In this document: positions 54,179 to 64,000 of the stretch, piece by piece
Layout of the letters: every line of letters begins with the position of its first letter
Position numbering within the stretch: the first letter of the stretch is position 1
Assembly: GCF_009914755.1 (NCBI RefSeq)
Contig: NC_060930.1
Direction: 5' to 3' (one strand)
DNA: 64,000 bases
DNA from: the human T2T-CHM13v2.0 reference genome, Homo sapiens
Notes under the pieces: model-generated
Database searches by the model: none
What the model was told of the DNA's origin: nothing
Seen by the model: the letters and a program-made list of their open reading frames with translations, nothing else
Made by a program: the position numbers and the translations under genes

Positions 54179-57100
54179 GTAATGACCCAAAAGTATAACT
54201 GGACCTGAAAGTACAACGGAGCATTCCTTTTAGTTCCTTGAATATTGACTCTACGTAGCCAAAGCCAAACTGTAAAATTGATGACTTTCATTTTTATTTT
54301 CTATTATAGATTTAACACTTGGCAACTCTTACAACAACAACAACAGCAACAGGGAAAAACAACAACAACAACAACCGAAGAGTGCAAAAAGAACTAATGC
54401 AGTGAGTTGTCCCAGTTTATATTCAGTTCCAGTTTATATTCAGTTTTGTCAGTTTGACCTTCACAGGTCTGTAATTACGGTAATCACAGAGTACTGAACG
54501 TGCTAACAATCAAAGCATCCCAATTTGAACAGTTCAACAATAGCCTTTTTAATAGGGGTAAAACCGTGCCAGAAAAACTGCAAGGCTGCTTCAGCCTTTC
54601 CTGAAGATGTTGGATAATGGGGAGCAGGTATCAAACAACTCACCTCTTAAAAATATGCTGCACAGAGAGATTGACTCCAGCTGTTACTGATAGAACCACT
54701 ACATGGCTACAAAGAGGGTTGTCTTCATCCCTTTGTGGCTCTGATTCTTCCTAATGTTGCCCAATGATGTGGACAAAGTATTATTTCCTTTAAGACCTTC
54801 ACTTTGAACACCCAACAGTGCCTATGACATTTTTAAAGGTCAAAAAAAAATTAGCAAAATAGGTAAGAATGAGTTTGGTCAATATGCATTGCTGGTATTA
54901 GGAACTTTTTCTCCCTAAGTTAGAGGGAGAACCTCACTGATTACAAGCTTCTTAACCTCATGCTTGCTCTCTCTCTCTTTTTTTAAATTTCTTCTCCTAG
55001 TTGCCACAGATTTACTCTGAATTATCTATTATATCTTTCTCAATACTTTTTGGACAAAAATAGACATTTATAAGACTCTGGCTAAGATTAGGAGAATAAT
55101 CTTTGGTTATGAAACAGTGCTGGTGATTCATGTTATTGTTGTTTTATATTTGTTAACTGGTTCTTATGTGAATTACAATCTATATACCTGTTCTTGTAAC
55201 AATTTTAGAACGTCCAGGTTCAAAAGAAATTAGAAACCATCTAGCGTATACTTTTAATTATTTTTTCCTTTTCGCTCGTGGATATTTTTAAACAAATTAA
55301 ATCAGTGTATAAAAACAGGTAAAATCAAAGCTTCTCCGAGCCCAGATGTCCAGATTCTCATCTGCTAAGAGTCTCTTTTATCAATGGTCCCTATCCTGTG
55401 ACAGGTATAACAGAACTCCAAAGCTCCATGGAACCTAGCTCTAAAGCCTATGATTTAATCCAAGCTTTCAATGGCTGGAGAGATAAAGTGACTTAGCCAA
55501 GGTCACTCCTAACTTCTGGATTCGCATTTCTCTGACCTGCTGAGTCAACCTGAAGTGAGCACCAAAAATATTTTAGCAAGCACTTACTTGTCATTCTGTA
55601 ACATTTTTCCACTGGCTTACCCTGGCTGTTCTACTCCTAAAGATAATCAAGTACTTTCTCAGTGACTTTGGCTACAGTGGAAGCAGGACTAGCCAAATCA
55701 ACACTGTGGGGTAGTGCCCACCTTCCAGAACCAGCTTTGGTTAGAAAAGGGAGGGGATGATCATAGGATTTACGGCACTAAAAATGAGAACCACTTTTCA
55801 CTGAGGGTAAGCAGTGCACACACACTGTGGGATGCTTGTCTAGGTTCAGAAATAACCTCCTGAAAGCCTGACCTCTCTCACTGCCAGAGTGCAGTGTGTG
55901 GGGGCCAAATAAGAACATTGCAAACTTTGTATCTCCACTGTATTTGTCTGAAGGTGTGGAAAATTACCCTGCTTGCCTGGGCCACTCAGACTGTCTTTGT
56001 TAAACAATCTCACAAGCTCTGTAGAGAGTGGTTAGATAGTGAATTCACTGGAGATCCTTATACTTTTATTAAGACTCACCTCTTATTTACTATCAAGGAA
56101 GGTAACGATTGGGGCCACTTGAATATGAAGGCTGTATGTTGCACTACTTCTGAGTCCAGAAGAGCCATTAAACTAGGAGCAGTTTAGGTTAAATTGACTG
56201 TCACAACAAAGTCAATGTCACAACAAAGAGACAGATAGGGGAAAGGAGAACTAAGGTTTATTGAGCAGCTACTTTGCAACACTCACTCTTCTAATATATT
56301 TCCCCTACTAGTTCTGCAATTCCCCAAGTACTTGTGGTCCTGAGTTAAGGCATTAAAAATCACAGTTAAATGCAAATGTTATCAAAGCACCTTATTGCAT
56401 CCAGCCCAGCTTAGTTAAATAGCACCAATATCCACCCAGTTGCTGAAGCCAAAATCTTAGAGTTATCCTTGATTCTCTCCATCCATTCATATAATTTATT
56501 ATTAAGATGCATCAAATCCACCTTAAAACATCCCAAATCTGCCTTCTTGCCTCCATCATGATGACCTCTCACCTGGGTTGCTACGGTGCCTTTCTACTTA
56601 GTCCATTTGCTTTACACACTTTATGAATACTTATAATAACCCAGTATGAGAGCCACTATTACAGCCCTGTGAAACACAAGTATCAGGAGCACAGAGGATC
56701 AGGATCACAGACCTATAGCTACCTGGGTATTAGGTCTGTCTGGCAACACTCACTGCAGAGTCACTTAATAGAATTTTGAAAGAAGTTAAGTAATGTTAGT
56801 CATTTTGAAATTCACAATTCACAGACTATAAAGAGAAATAAGAGTTCATAAGACTGCCTTGTCTATGTTCCTCAAAACACTACAATTTAATCAAAGGCAA
56901 AAAAAATACCACTTGAAGGTCCCAGCTTGCTAATGTATTGTTAAATAAATTACCACCTTTGAGGACTAAGCCAAATGTGCAATTTGTAAGCCAAATGTAG
57001 CACTTTTTTTTTTCCAGGATGAGTGGGTCAAAATACATCGGTAATTAGAACAAAAGAAAACTTCAGTGTTTCTAAAATACAACTGAGTGAATTCCCCCAA

Positions 57101-57839
57101 ATTAAGTTATATTATTTATTTTGAGGAAATAACAAACTGTAGCTAGCTATCGAGCAAACTTTTTCTATATGCATCTAGTAGCTAATGTTTCCAAAGGAAG
57201 GAAATAGTTATGAATATTGTATGAAATGTTTTGCTCTGACACTCTGATATTCTGAAGTCCTTATACTAATCACTACTTGGTACTGCTCTATTTATGTCTG
57301 TTGTCTCAAAGTGGTGGAAAAGTGGCCTGTAGGAATGAGGAAAACTGATGTACAAAGTGAGGAAGGAAATTTTAAATACAAAGCAATTTCACTAATAAAA
57401 TGCTCAAGCAGTCTAGAGTAATTTGGGTACTTGGTGAATCATTGCTTAGCAATTCATGAATACTGTGGGTGCTTGGAATTCAATTCCATTGTCCTCTATC
57501 TGAATTGCTATGAAAAAGGTCACATGAGAAGGAAAGGAAGTTTTGACTTTCACATGCCTGTTATTGCTAAGGAAACCACTTCCTCAGTATTCACATATTC
57601 AGCATGTCTCTAGTTTTGGCTTCCATACAAATTACATCTTGGTGTTGCATTAAGAAACAAACAAGGGTGGAGAATATTTTAAAAACTCAACTCAACTATG
57701 ATATGTTCACAGAACAAAAAGAGGAGCCCTTTTAAACGCCCTTTCTTTTCTGAAGTTCTCTAGGTATGCCTGGATGGAGCCTCTAAGACCTAACAGGATG
57801 TCTGAGATTCCAGGGAAGTGGCCTGTGATCTGTCAGTAA
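54163..57839 (+). CDS. Hypothetical spliced small ORF (63 aa, or 45 aa ending at 57793), polyN/polyQ
   Basis: join(54163-54178, 54310-54401, 57756-57839) = MTMEEDLTLGNSYNNNNSNREKQQQQQPKSAKRTNAFSRYAWMEPLRPNRMSEIPGKWPVICQ; second ATG in actATGg Kozak context. No homology recognised. Confidence 0.25.
54310..54401 (+). ncRNA. Candidate internal exon B
   Basis: Acceptor ctttcatttttattttctattatAG|; donor GCA|GTGAGT; 92 nt with two (CAA)n tracts. Confidence 0.6.
56249..56745 (-). mobile_element. MIR interrupted by a 325-bp templated insertion
   Basis: ctaaggtttattgagcagctact on the left; gctttacac...ataacccagtatgag...gcacagagg...ggatcacag on the right. Confidence 0.55.
56297..56621 (+). repeat. 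Local duplication, copy 1 (partner 59934-60257)
   Basis: Colinear similarity, roughly 75-80% by eye, spanning unique sequence and an L2 junction. Confidence 0.9.
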
Positions 57840-58010
57840 ACAAATAAGAAGCTAATACAGCTTTGTTGTGTTTTCTGATTGGCATGGTTCTGAACTATCT
57901 CCTACTTGTAGTTGCAGACAAAGAAACAGGAGATGAATTACCATGTTCTAGGACTTTGTGTTCCTTTCCAATTCAAACTGCAATAAGAAATAAAAATGGT
58001 TAGGCTTCCA
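57756..58010 (+). ncRNA. Candidate 3'-terminal exon C
   Basis: ccctttcttttctgaAG|ttctctAG| tandem acceptors (57755, 57763); AATAAA at 57989-57994. Confidence 0.55.
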
Positions 58011-58075
58011 GTGTGTAGATTATATAACGTGTCTCCTCTCTTTTGTGGTTTTGTCTTGTTTTGTTTTTTGTCTTT
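57989..58075 (+). terminator. Polyadenylation signal with GU/U-rich downstream element
   Basis: AATAAA; CA at 58009-58010; then gtgtgt...ttttgtggttttgtcttgttttgttttttgtc. Confidence 0.6.
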
Positions 58076-58896
58076 TAAAGAGAAAAATGAATAAAATGAA
58101 GGGATATTTTAGAATGACTGGCTCCCTCAATGGGCCTTATTGCAAGTACAGCTGAACCCTGGCTCTTTTGGTTCAAGAATATCTTTACTATTTGACGGTT
58201 TCATTGTTTTTATTTATATTTCTATTTTTGACCCAAACAGAAAGATCTTGTATAAGCTACCTGTTTATCCATTGTAGAAATGCAACTATTTTCAATTCTC
58301 CCTGCTGCTGAGAATAATAATGAGGATCCAGAAGATCACAATTCTGAGATATCTGAGATTTATCTGCCTGAATAGCCTGGTTCTCTCTCCCAGCATTAGG
58401 ATTTATAGTTCATCTTCTGCCTTTTTGTTTTCAAACTTGTTCATGAATCATAGGTTCAGAACAAAACTGTACTATTATTAAGAGCAATCTGCAAACAACT
58501 ACTCTATAGTGAACTTATAACAGAAGAGTGCTCATTTGATATTACATGGTGGCAACTATGAAAGAGGCAACTGTTAGTTATAACAAAGCTGGAAGGGATA
58601 GGATTAGGTGAATATTTGGGAAATTTTATACTAACAGAGTTAATATCAAGTGGACACCTAAAACATTTAAAATGCATGGCCTTAGAAATCATGAATTTAA
58701 TTTTGATTTTTAGTATACAAGAAAGGAATATATTTATAGATTCATAGAGGAAATACAGAAAGAAACTTAGTTATTAATTTATTTATGATCCTCTATGCAT
58801 ATGCCCCAGATATTGCACCAAAGCACTCTATTTCTGGGTTGAGTCTATGAAAAATTTGTAACCACGATTGTACATCTTGATTTCATTATGAACTGG

Positions 58897-59195
58897 GATG
58901 ATGATAATCATGATGATGATAATGATGATGATGATATTTCTGTAGTAATAATAATAGCTAATGTATATTGAGAATTTACTAAGAACTAGTCATTGGGGTG
59001 AGCATTTTACATATACCATCTCATTTAATCCTCACAACAACCCTGTGAGATTGGTACTATTATCCCTGATCTTCATAAGAAGAACTGAGGCTCAGAGAGG
59101 TTAAATAAATGCTTAAGTTCACTCATCTAGTAAGCAACAGGGATAAGATTTGAAAACTGGTGGTCTCTCCCCAGAGTCTGACTTCTTAATCATTA
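58897..59195 (-). mobile_element. MIRb, full length, with adjacent (GAT)n tract
   Basis: atctcatttaatcctcacaacaaccctgtgag...aactgaggctcagagaggttaaataa. Confidence 0.85.
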
Positions 59196-59933
59196 GGTGT
59201 CTGTAAAGAGAAGGCCTTTCACATAGACTAATTTGAGATGCCAAAAGGCTAAAGGAAGGAAAGGATCCCACCCCTTCCTGCCCCAGCAAGTGCATGTGTA
59301 TTGCTTGTATGTGATTGTTTTGAACTTAAAGAGGCAGATACCACAGTCCTCTGGATAGGGAAGGGGTTATCCCCAGCATCATTCATTCAAGAAAGGGGAT
59401 GCCTTGAGTAAGAGAAAGAGGGAGAATTTGAACACCAGGCTAGATGAAAGGAGAGGTCTTGGACTGAGTGTTTGGACGGTGGATGTGCTAAGATAACAGG
59501 GACTCCCAACACCCCACTATCTCCACCTCCTGAGGAAGGATAAGGAATTTAAAAGAGATCTATAGTGGACAGAAAGTTGGGGAAAAGTTATGTCTCGGTA
59601 AACTAAAAAATTGAGTTTCATGGTATGTCTTACATCTGTTTCATATTTAAATGTTCATGCTGTGTCAAAGACATGCTCAAAGATACCAAAGGAAGAGTCA
59701 TATTTGGATCAAGCATTAAAGGAAAATCAGGATTTCCCCTTCCTTCTTGCTCTTTGGGCCAAAGAGAAGATTTTGCCAAGTGGAGGGGTGAATCTAGCAG
59801 GAAAAGGTCATATCACCTCATGCCATTGAGGAGGTCCAGCTTTCATTGCCAAATTCAGAAAATCAGTTTTGCTTTCTTTCTTTTTTTTTTTTTTTTAAAG
59901 GAAGGAAACATTCTCCTCTCAGCATTTCAAAAG

Positions 59934-60257
59934 TATTTCCCCTACTATTTCTGCAATCTCCTAAATATTCATGTTCCTGCTAAAGACATTAAAGGCCACA
60001 ATTAAATGCAAATGTTATCGAAACACCTTAGTTGACATTTAGCCCAGCTTAGTTAAACGGCACCAATTTCCACCCAGTAGCTGAAGCCAACGTCTGAGAG
60101 TTATTCTTGATTCCCTCATCTTTTCATTCCATGTGTCAATAAGATGTGTCAAACCCACCTTAAAACATCCCAAACCTGTCCTCTTCTCGCCATCATTCCA
60201 ACCTCTTACCTGGGCTGCTGCAGTGCATTTCTCCTGGGTCCATTTCCTTCCACACTT
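59934..60257 (+). repeat. Local duplication, copy 2 (partner 56297-56621)
   Basis: tatttcccctacta...ttaaatgcaaatgttatc...agcccagcttagttaaa...ccaccttaaaacatcccaaa. Confidence 0.9.
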
Positions 60258-60790
60258 GCCCCCTCTTAATTCATTCTCCACACTTCAGTTAGGGTGAACT
60301 TTTTACAACTTAATAAAATCATATCCCTCTGGTGCTCAAAATCCTCTAGTGTTTTCCCATTTAGAATAAATCCCAAACTCCTTACCCTAGCTTATAAAGC
60401 CTTCTATGATCTGGACCTGCCTATTCTTCAAAAGGCTTCTATTACTTGCCCCTTCAACCACCATACTCTACTGTGGACTATGAGCTGTTCTTCAAATATT
60501 CCAAGCTCATTCATGTGGTAGGGTACTCTGTACAAGTTGTTTCCCCTCCCTAGATTTTCTTTCTCCCTGTCTTCACATGGCTGGTCCCTTGTTGTTCAGA
60601 TTTTACTTTTACTGTTAGCTCTTCAGAGAAGACTCCTTCAGCCTCCCCACTAATGTGGCTGAGTCACTCACATCATTGTCTGTTCCTCCTGCTAGAAGGG
60701 GCTTTATGAGAGTGGGGGCTACATCTGTCTCGTTCACTGTAGTATACTTGAGGCTGAGAAATGTGCTGCCACATTGGAAGATTTCTCTGA
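60050..60790 (+). mobile_element. L2 3' region
   Basis: ggcaccaatttccacccag...agaataaatcccaaactccttacc...catctgtctcgttcactgt. Confidence 0.72.
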
Positions 60791-61069
60791 GTACCGGTGA
60801 AAGGAGAAACACACACTTATTATTAGCCATTATGATTCAGATCAATTCACATTATACCCAAGAAGGAATAGGACAGGGAAGTTTTTTACTGGGCATGAGG
60901 AGGGTGGAGATGATAATCAAATTCCATTTGTTTCACAATTAACATAGCTAGCCCTAAAGAATGGCAATAAAGATATTGATATTCAGGATTCTAAAGTTAC
61001 TGTTTCCACCCCAGCAATGACTACTACATAGTCTAAAATACAGGTGCTAATTAATTCACTGTCTACATG

Positions 61070-61895
61070 TACCACTTAGGATTGGCTAGGATAGCATGGT
61101 GGCAACATGTAACCCCCAAACCTCTCAGTGACTTAAACAGTTGAAGTTTATTTCTTGCTAATGATGTATATTCATTACCTCTACATATTGTGGGCCCTCA
61201 GTGACCCAATCAGATGGAGGAGCTACCATCCTGAACTTGTGTGTGGCTGTGCCAAAAGGAAAGGGAAAGAGAGTGTGCAGTGAATTACACCCATCTCACC
61301 TCTGCTCACATTTTATTTGCCAGAGCAAGTCATGTTACCAGGAAAATTTGGCTGGGTGGGGAAATGCAGAATAGCACTAATGACTACCACTGGACATCTG
61401 TCTAGCTAACAAACATAAAGTTTTCTTTTCTTCCTTCACGATATGTACATTTACTGCCTCCCAGAGGCAGAACACGCTAAAGTGCCATTCAGTCACAGCA
61501 CCATGCAGGTCCAGTGTGGTTCCTTATGACCCAGAGATCTATGAACTATAAGACAAGTTACCTGTCCCCTATACATCTGATATGCAATGGCAAAAGCAAG
61601 AGCATGATAACTTCATAAATACTTCCATTCAGAAAGGGAAGGAAAGGGAGATACACAGGAATCACTGATCCATAGAAACCAAACGAATGTGCTGGGCAGA
61701 AGGGATGGTCCCCAGGTGATGGGAAATATTGCTTGATTAGGCTCCAAGTCTTCAACTCAAGAGAGATGAGCAGCTTTCCTACATTTGGCCTACAGAAGAC
61801 TGGGGGCTCCAGGACAATTTAAAGTCTCACACAGTCACTTTGTCAGTCCAGGTTTGTTTCTTTTTCACCAGGATATCTTTTTAAAATATTGAATA
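61070..61895 (-). mobile_element. Old MLT1 LTR plus internal-like sequence
   Basis: ctctcagtgacttaaacag...tttatttcttgct...cacctctgctcacattttatttgccagagcaagtcatg. Confidence 0.55.
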
Positions 61896-61899
61896 AGTT

Positions 61900-62405
61900 T
61901 CTGTGTTGGTTATTCTCTGCCCTTTAAATATATTCCCTTCTCTGCCTTATTCTGTGTCCCAGGAGCTGACCTCTGTGGACTGCATTATCCAGAATTCCTT
62001 ATACTCTGGATTTTTGTTGTTTGGGCAAGTGGCAGACACAGGTAGGAAATTGGAGGGCAGGATTTGAGAGGGAGAGAGGTTGCAGTATTTATCCCTATCC
62101 TGACATTCCCTTCCTCAACCTTTTCACAATCCTGGCAGTGGCTACCTTACTCAGCTGGTCTTAGCTCCTGTCTAAAGGTTTTTCTTCCCTGGCTCCAGAC
62201 CTCACCAGGATCCTTCCACACAGTGCTGTCCCTTTGTCCTTGAGGCCTAGGGGTGGCAAAGGTTTCCTGTGGTTGCTAATTCCTGAGTACCTCATCATTC
62301 CTAATTGGTACCTTACCTCTGATATATTTCTGTAGACTACTTCTTTCATACATTTCCTTCAGTTACATAATTTGTGTATGCCATCTACTTCCTGCCAAAC
62401 TGACA
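61900..62405 (+). mobile_element. LTR33-like ERVL LTR
   Basis: ggagctgacctctgtggactgcat...ggagggcagg...ggcctagggggtggcaaaggtttcctgtggttgcta...tgccatctacttcctgcc. Confidence 0.65.
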
Positions 62406-62650
62406 AAGCTTCATTTCTATTTGACTCAAACAACTAGATGTGTCAATGGCCACCCAAAGTTCTTCTCTTGACATATTTCTTAGATGTACCATATTTATAT
62501 TCTTCCTTGCTCCCCTGCCTCTCTCTTCCTCTTGACTTAATTTTGAAATCTTTGATGTCTGTGATACCTGGTCCAACTGAACTGAACCCATTTACTGGTT
62601 TTTGTGGAAACATCTTATTTCATTCAGTGATGTGATGGGCATTTCCTTTT

Positions 62651-62940
62651 TTATTTTTTGAGACAGGGTCTTGCTCTGTCACCCAGGCTGGAATGCAGTG
62701 GCAGTATCTCCACTCATGAAACCTCTGCCTGCCGGGTGCAAGAGATTCTCCTGCTTCAGCCTCCTGAGTAGCTGGGATTACAGGCGTGTGTCACCAGGCC
62801 CGGCTAATTTTTGCATTTTTAGTAGAGATGGGGTTTCACCATGTTGGCCAGGCTGGTCTCGAACTCCTAGCCTCAAGTGAGCCACCTGCCTCGGCCTCCC
62901 AAAGTGCTGGGATTACAGGTGTGAGCCACTGCACCTGGCA
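62651..62940 (-). mobile_element. AluS, full length
   Basis: TSD catttcctttt (62640-62650 / 62943-62953). Confidence 0.94.
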
Positions 62941-63159
62941 GCCATTTCCTTTTATTAGTTGGTTAGGGCTGCTATCACAACATTTTAGACTGAGTGGTGT
63001 AAACCACAGAAATGTATATTCTCACAGTTCTGGAAGCTGAAAGTCTAAGATCAAGGTGTGGGCAGTTTGCTTTCTCCTGTGGCCTCTCTCCTGGGCTTGC
63101 AGATGCTTGCCTTCTTGCTGTATCCTTACATGGTCTTTTCTCTGTGTATGTATTTCTAG

Positions 63160-63206
63160 TGTATTAGGGTTCTCCAGAGAAACTGAACCCATAGAGAATC
63201 TGTCTG

Positions 63207-63264
<58 letters not shown>

Positions 63265-63691
63265 ATCTATCTATCATACAGAACTGGCTCACATGATTAT
63301 GGAGACTGAGAAGTCCACAGTCTGCCATCTACAAGCTGAAGACTCAGGAAAGTGGGTGATACAATTCAATCTGAGTTCAAAGGCCTGAGAACCTGGAGAG
63401 CCAATGATGCAAATCCCAGTCCTAGGGCAGAAGATAAGATGAGATGTCTCAGCTTAAGCAGAGAGTCAGGAAAAATGGGTTGAATTCCCCCTTCCTTTGC
63501 CTTTTGTTCTGCTCAGGCCCACAACACATAGAATGACATTCAGCCACATTGGGAGGGCAATCAACTTTGCTGAGTCCACTGATTCCAGTGCTAGTTTCAT
63601 TGAGAAACACTCTCCCAGACACACTCAGAAAAATGTTTAATATGGGTCACCCAGTGGGCCACTCAAATTGGTACATAGAACAACTCTCACA
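63160..63691 (-). mobile_element. MLT2B-like ERVL LTR nested in MLT1A
   Basis: tgtattagggttctccagagaaac...tggctcacatgattatggagactgagaagtcc...caca. Confidence 0.85.
63199..63276. repeat. Compound tetranucleotide STR (TCTG)2(TCTA)14 TCA (TCTA)2
   Basis: Direct inspection. Confidence 0.95.
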
Positions 63692-64000
63692 CCCAGTGTT
63701 TCTCTCTCCTTATAAGAACTAGATTGGATTAGGGCCCCACCAAAACAGCTTCTTTTAACTTAATCACCCCTTTAAAGGCTATATTCCCAAATAGGGTTAC
63801 ATTCTGAGATGCTAGAGGTTGGAACTTCAACATGTGAATCTTGAAGGGTATAAAATTCATCCCATAACATCCTTGATATGATCCTTGACCCAAGGCAGAA
63901 TTCCAGGTGACCTTTGCTTCAAAGCCTCTAGTTTCATCTTTTAACTGTTGAAGAGATAAAATCACCTTCTGCAATCCTGCAGGTTCCCAAATTCCTGGCC

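Larger units (their letters stand above)
62953..63869 (-). mobile_element. MLT1A-like LTR, split by MLT2
   Basis: agggctgcta...ttctcacagttctggaagctg...tctaagatcaaggtg on the left; attggattagggccc...cacattctgag...cataaca on the right. Confidence 0.82.

Noticed and set aside
54057-58010. Assigning a known lncRNA gene symbol
   Set aside because: I do not recognise the sequence with enough certainty; a BLAT search would decide.

Overview
AT-rich, CpG-poor primate genomic DNA, most likely human (AluJ/S/Y, L1PA/L1PB, ERV9-type LTR12, THE1/MST, MIR, L2, MER DNA transposons). I find no recognisable protein-coding exon, rRNA, tRNA or CpG island. Nearly all ORFs in the supplied track come from repeats or microsatellites. 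The largest element is a near full-length, dead L1PB-type LINE (14938-21344, +). It sits in an older antisense L1 and is itself interrupted by a solo LTR12 and an Alu. The main non-repeat signal is a candidate + strand spliced transcript: exons 54057-54178 and 54310-54401, plus a terminal exon at about 57756/57764-58010 with AATAAA and a GU-rich downstream element. When spliced it opens a 45- or 63-aa ORF with a strong Kozak start and polyN/polyQ tracts that the six-frame track cannot see. Other notable features are two local templated duplications next to MIRs, an inverted duplication of a THE1 terminus across a TA tract, a perfect 26-bp POU-like palindrome, a CCAAT tandem repeat, a PBX-HOX/MEIS motif cluster and a strong Alu strand bias (14 minus, 2 plus). 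Repeat subfamily names are from memory of consensus sequences and need RepeatMasker/Dfam confirmation. I cannot name the locus.
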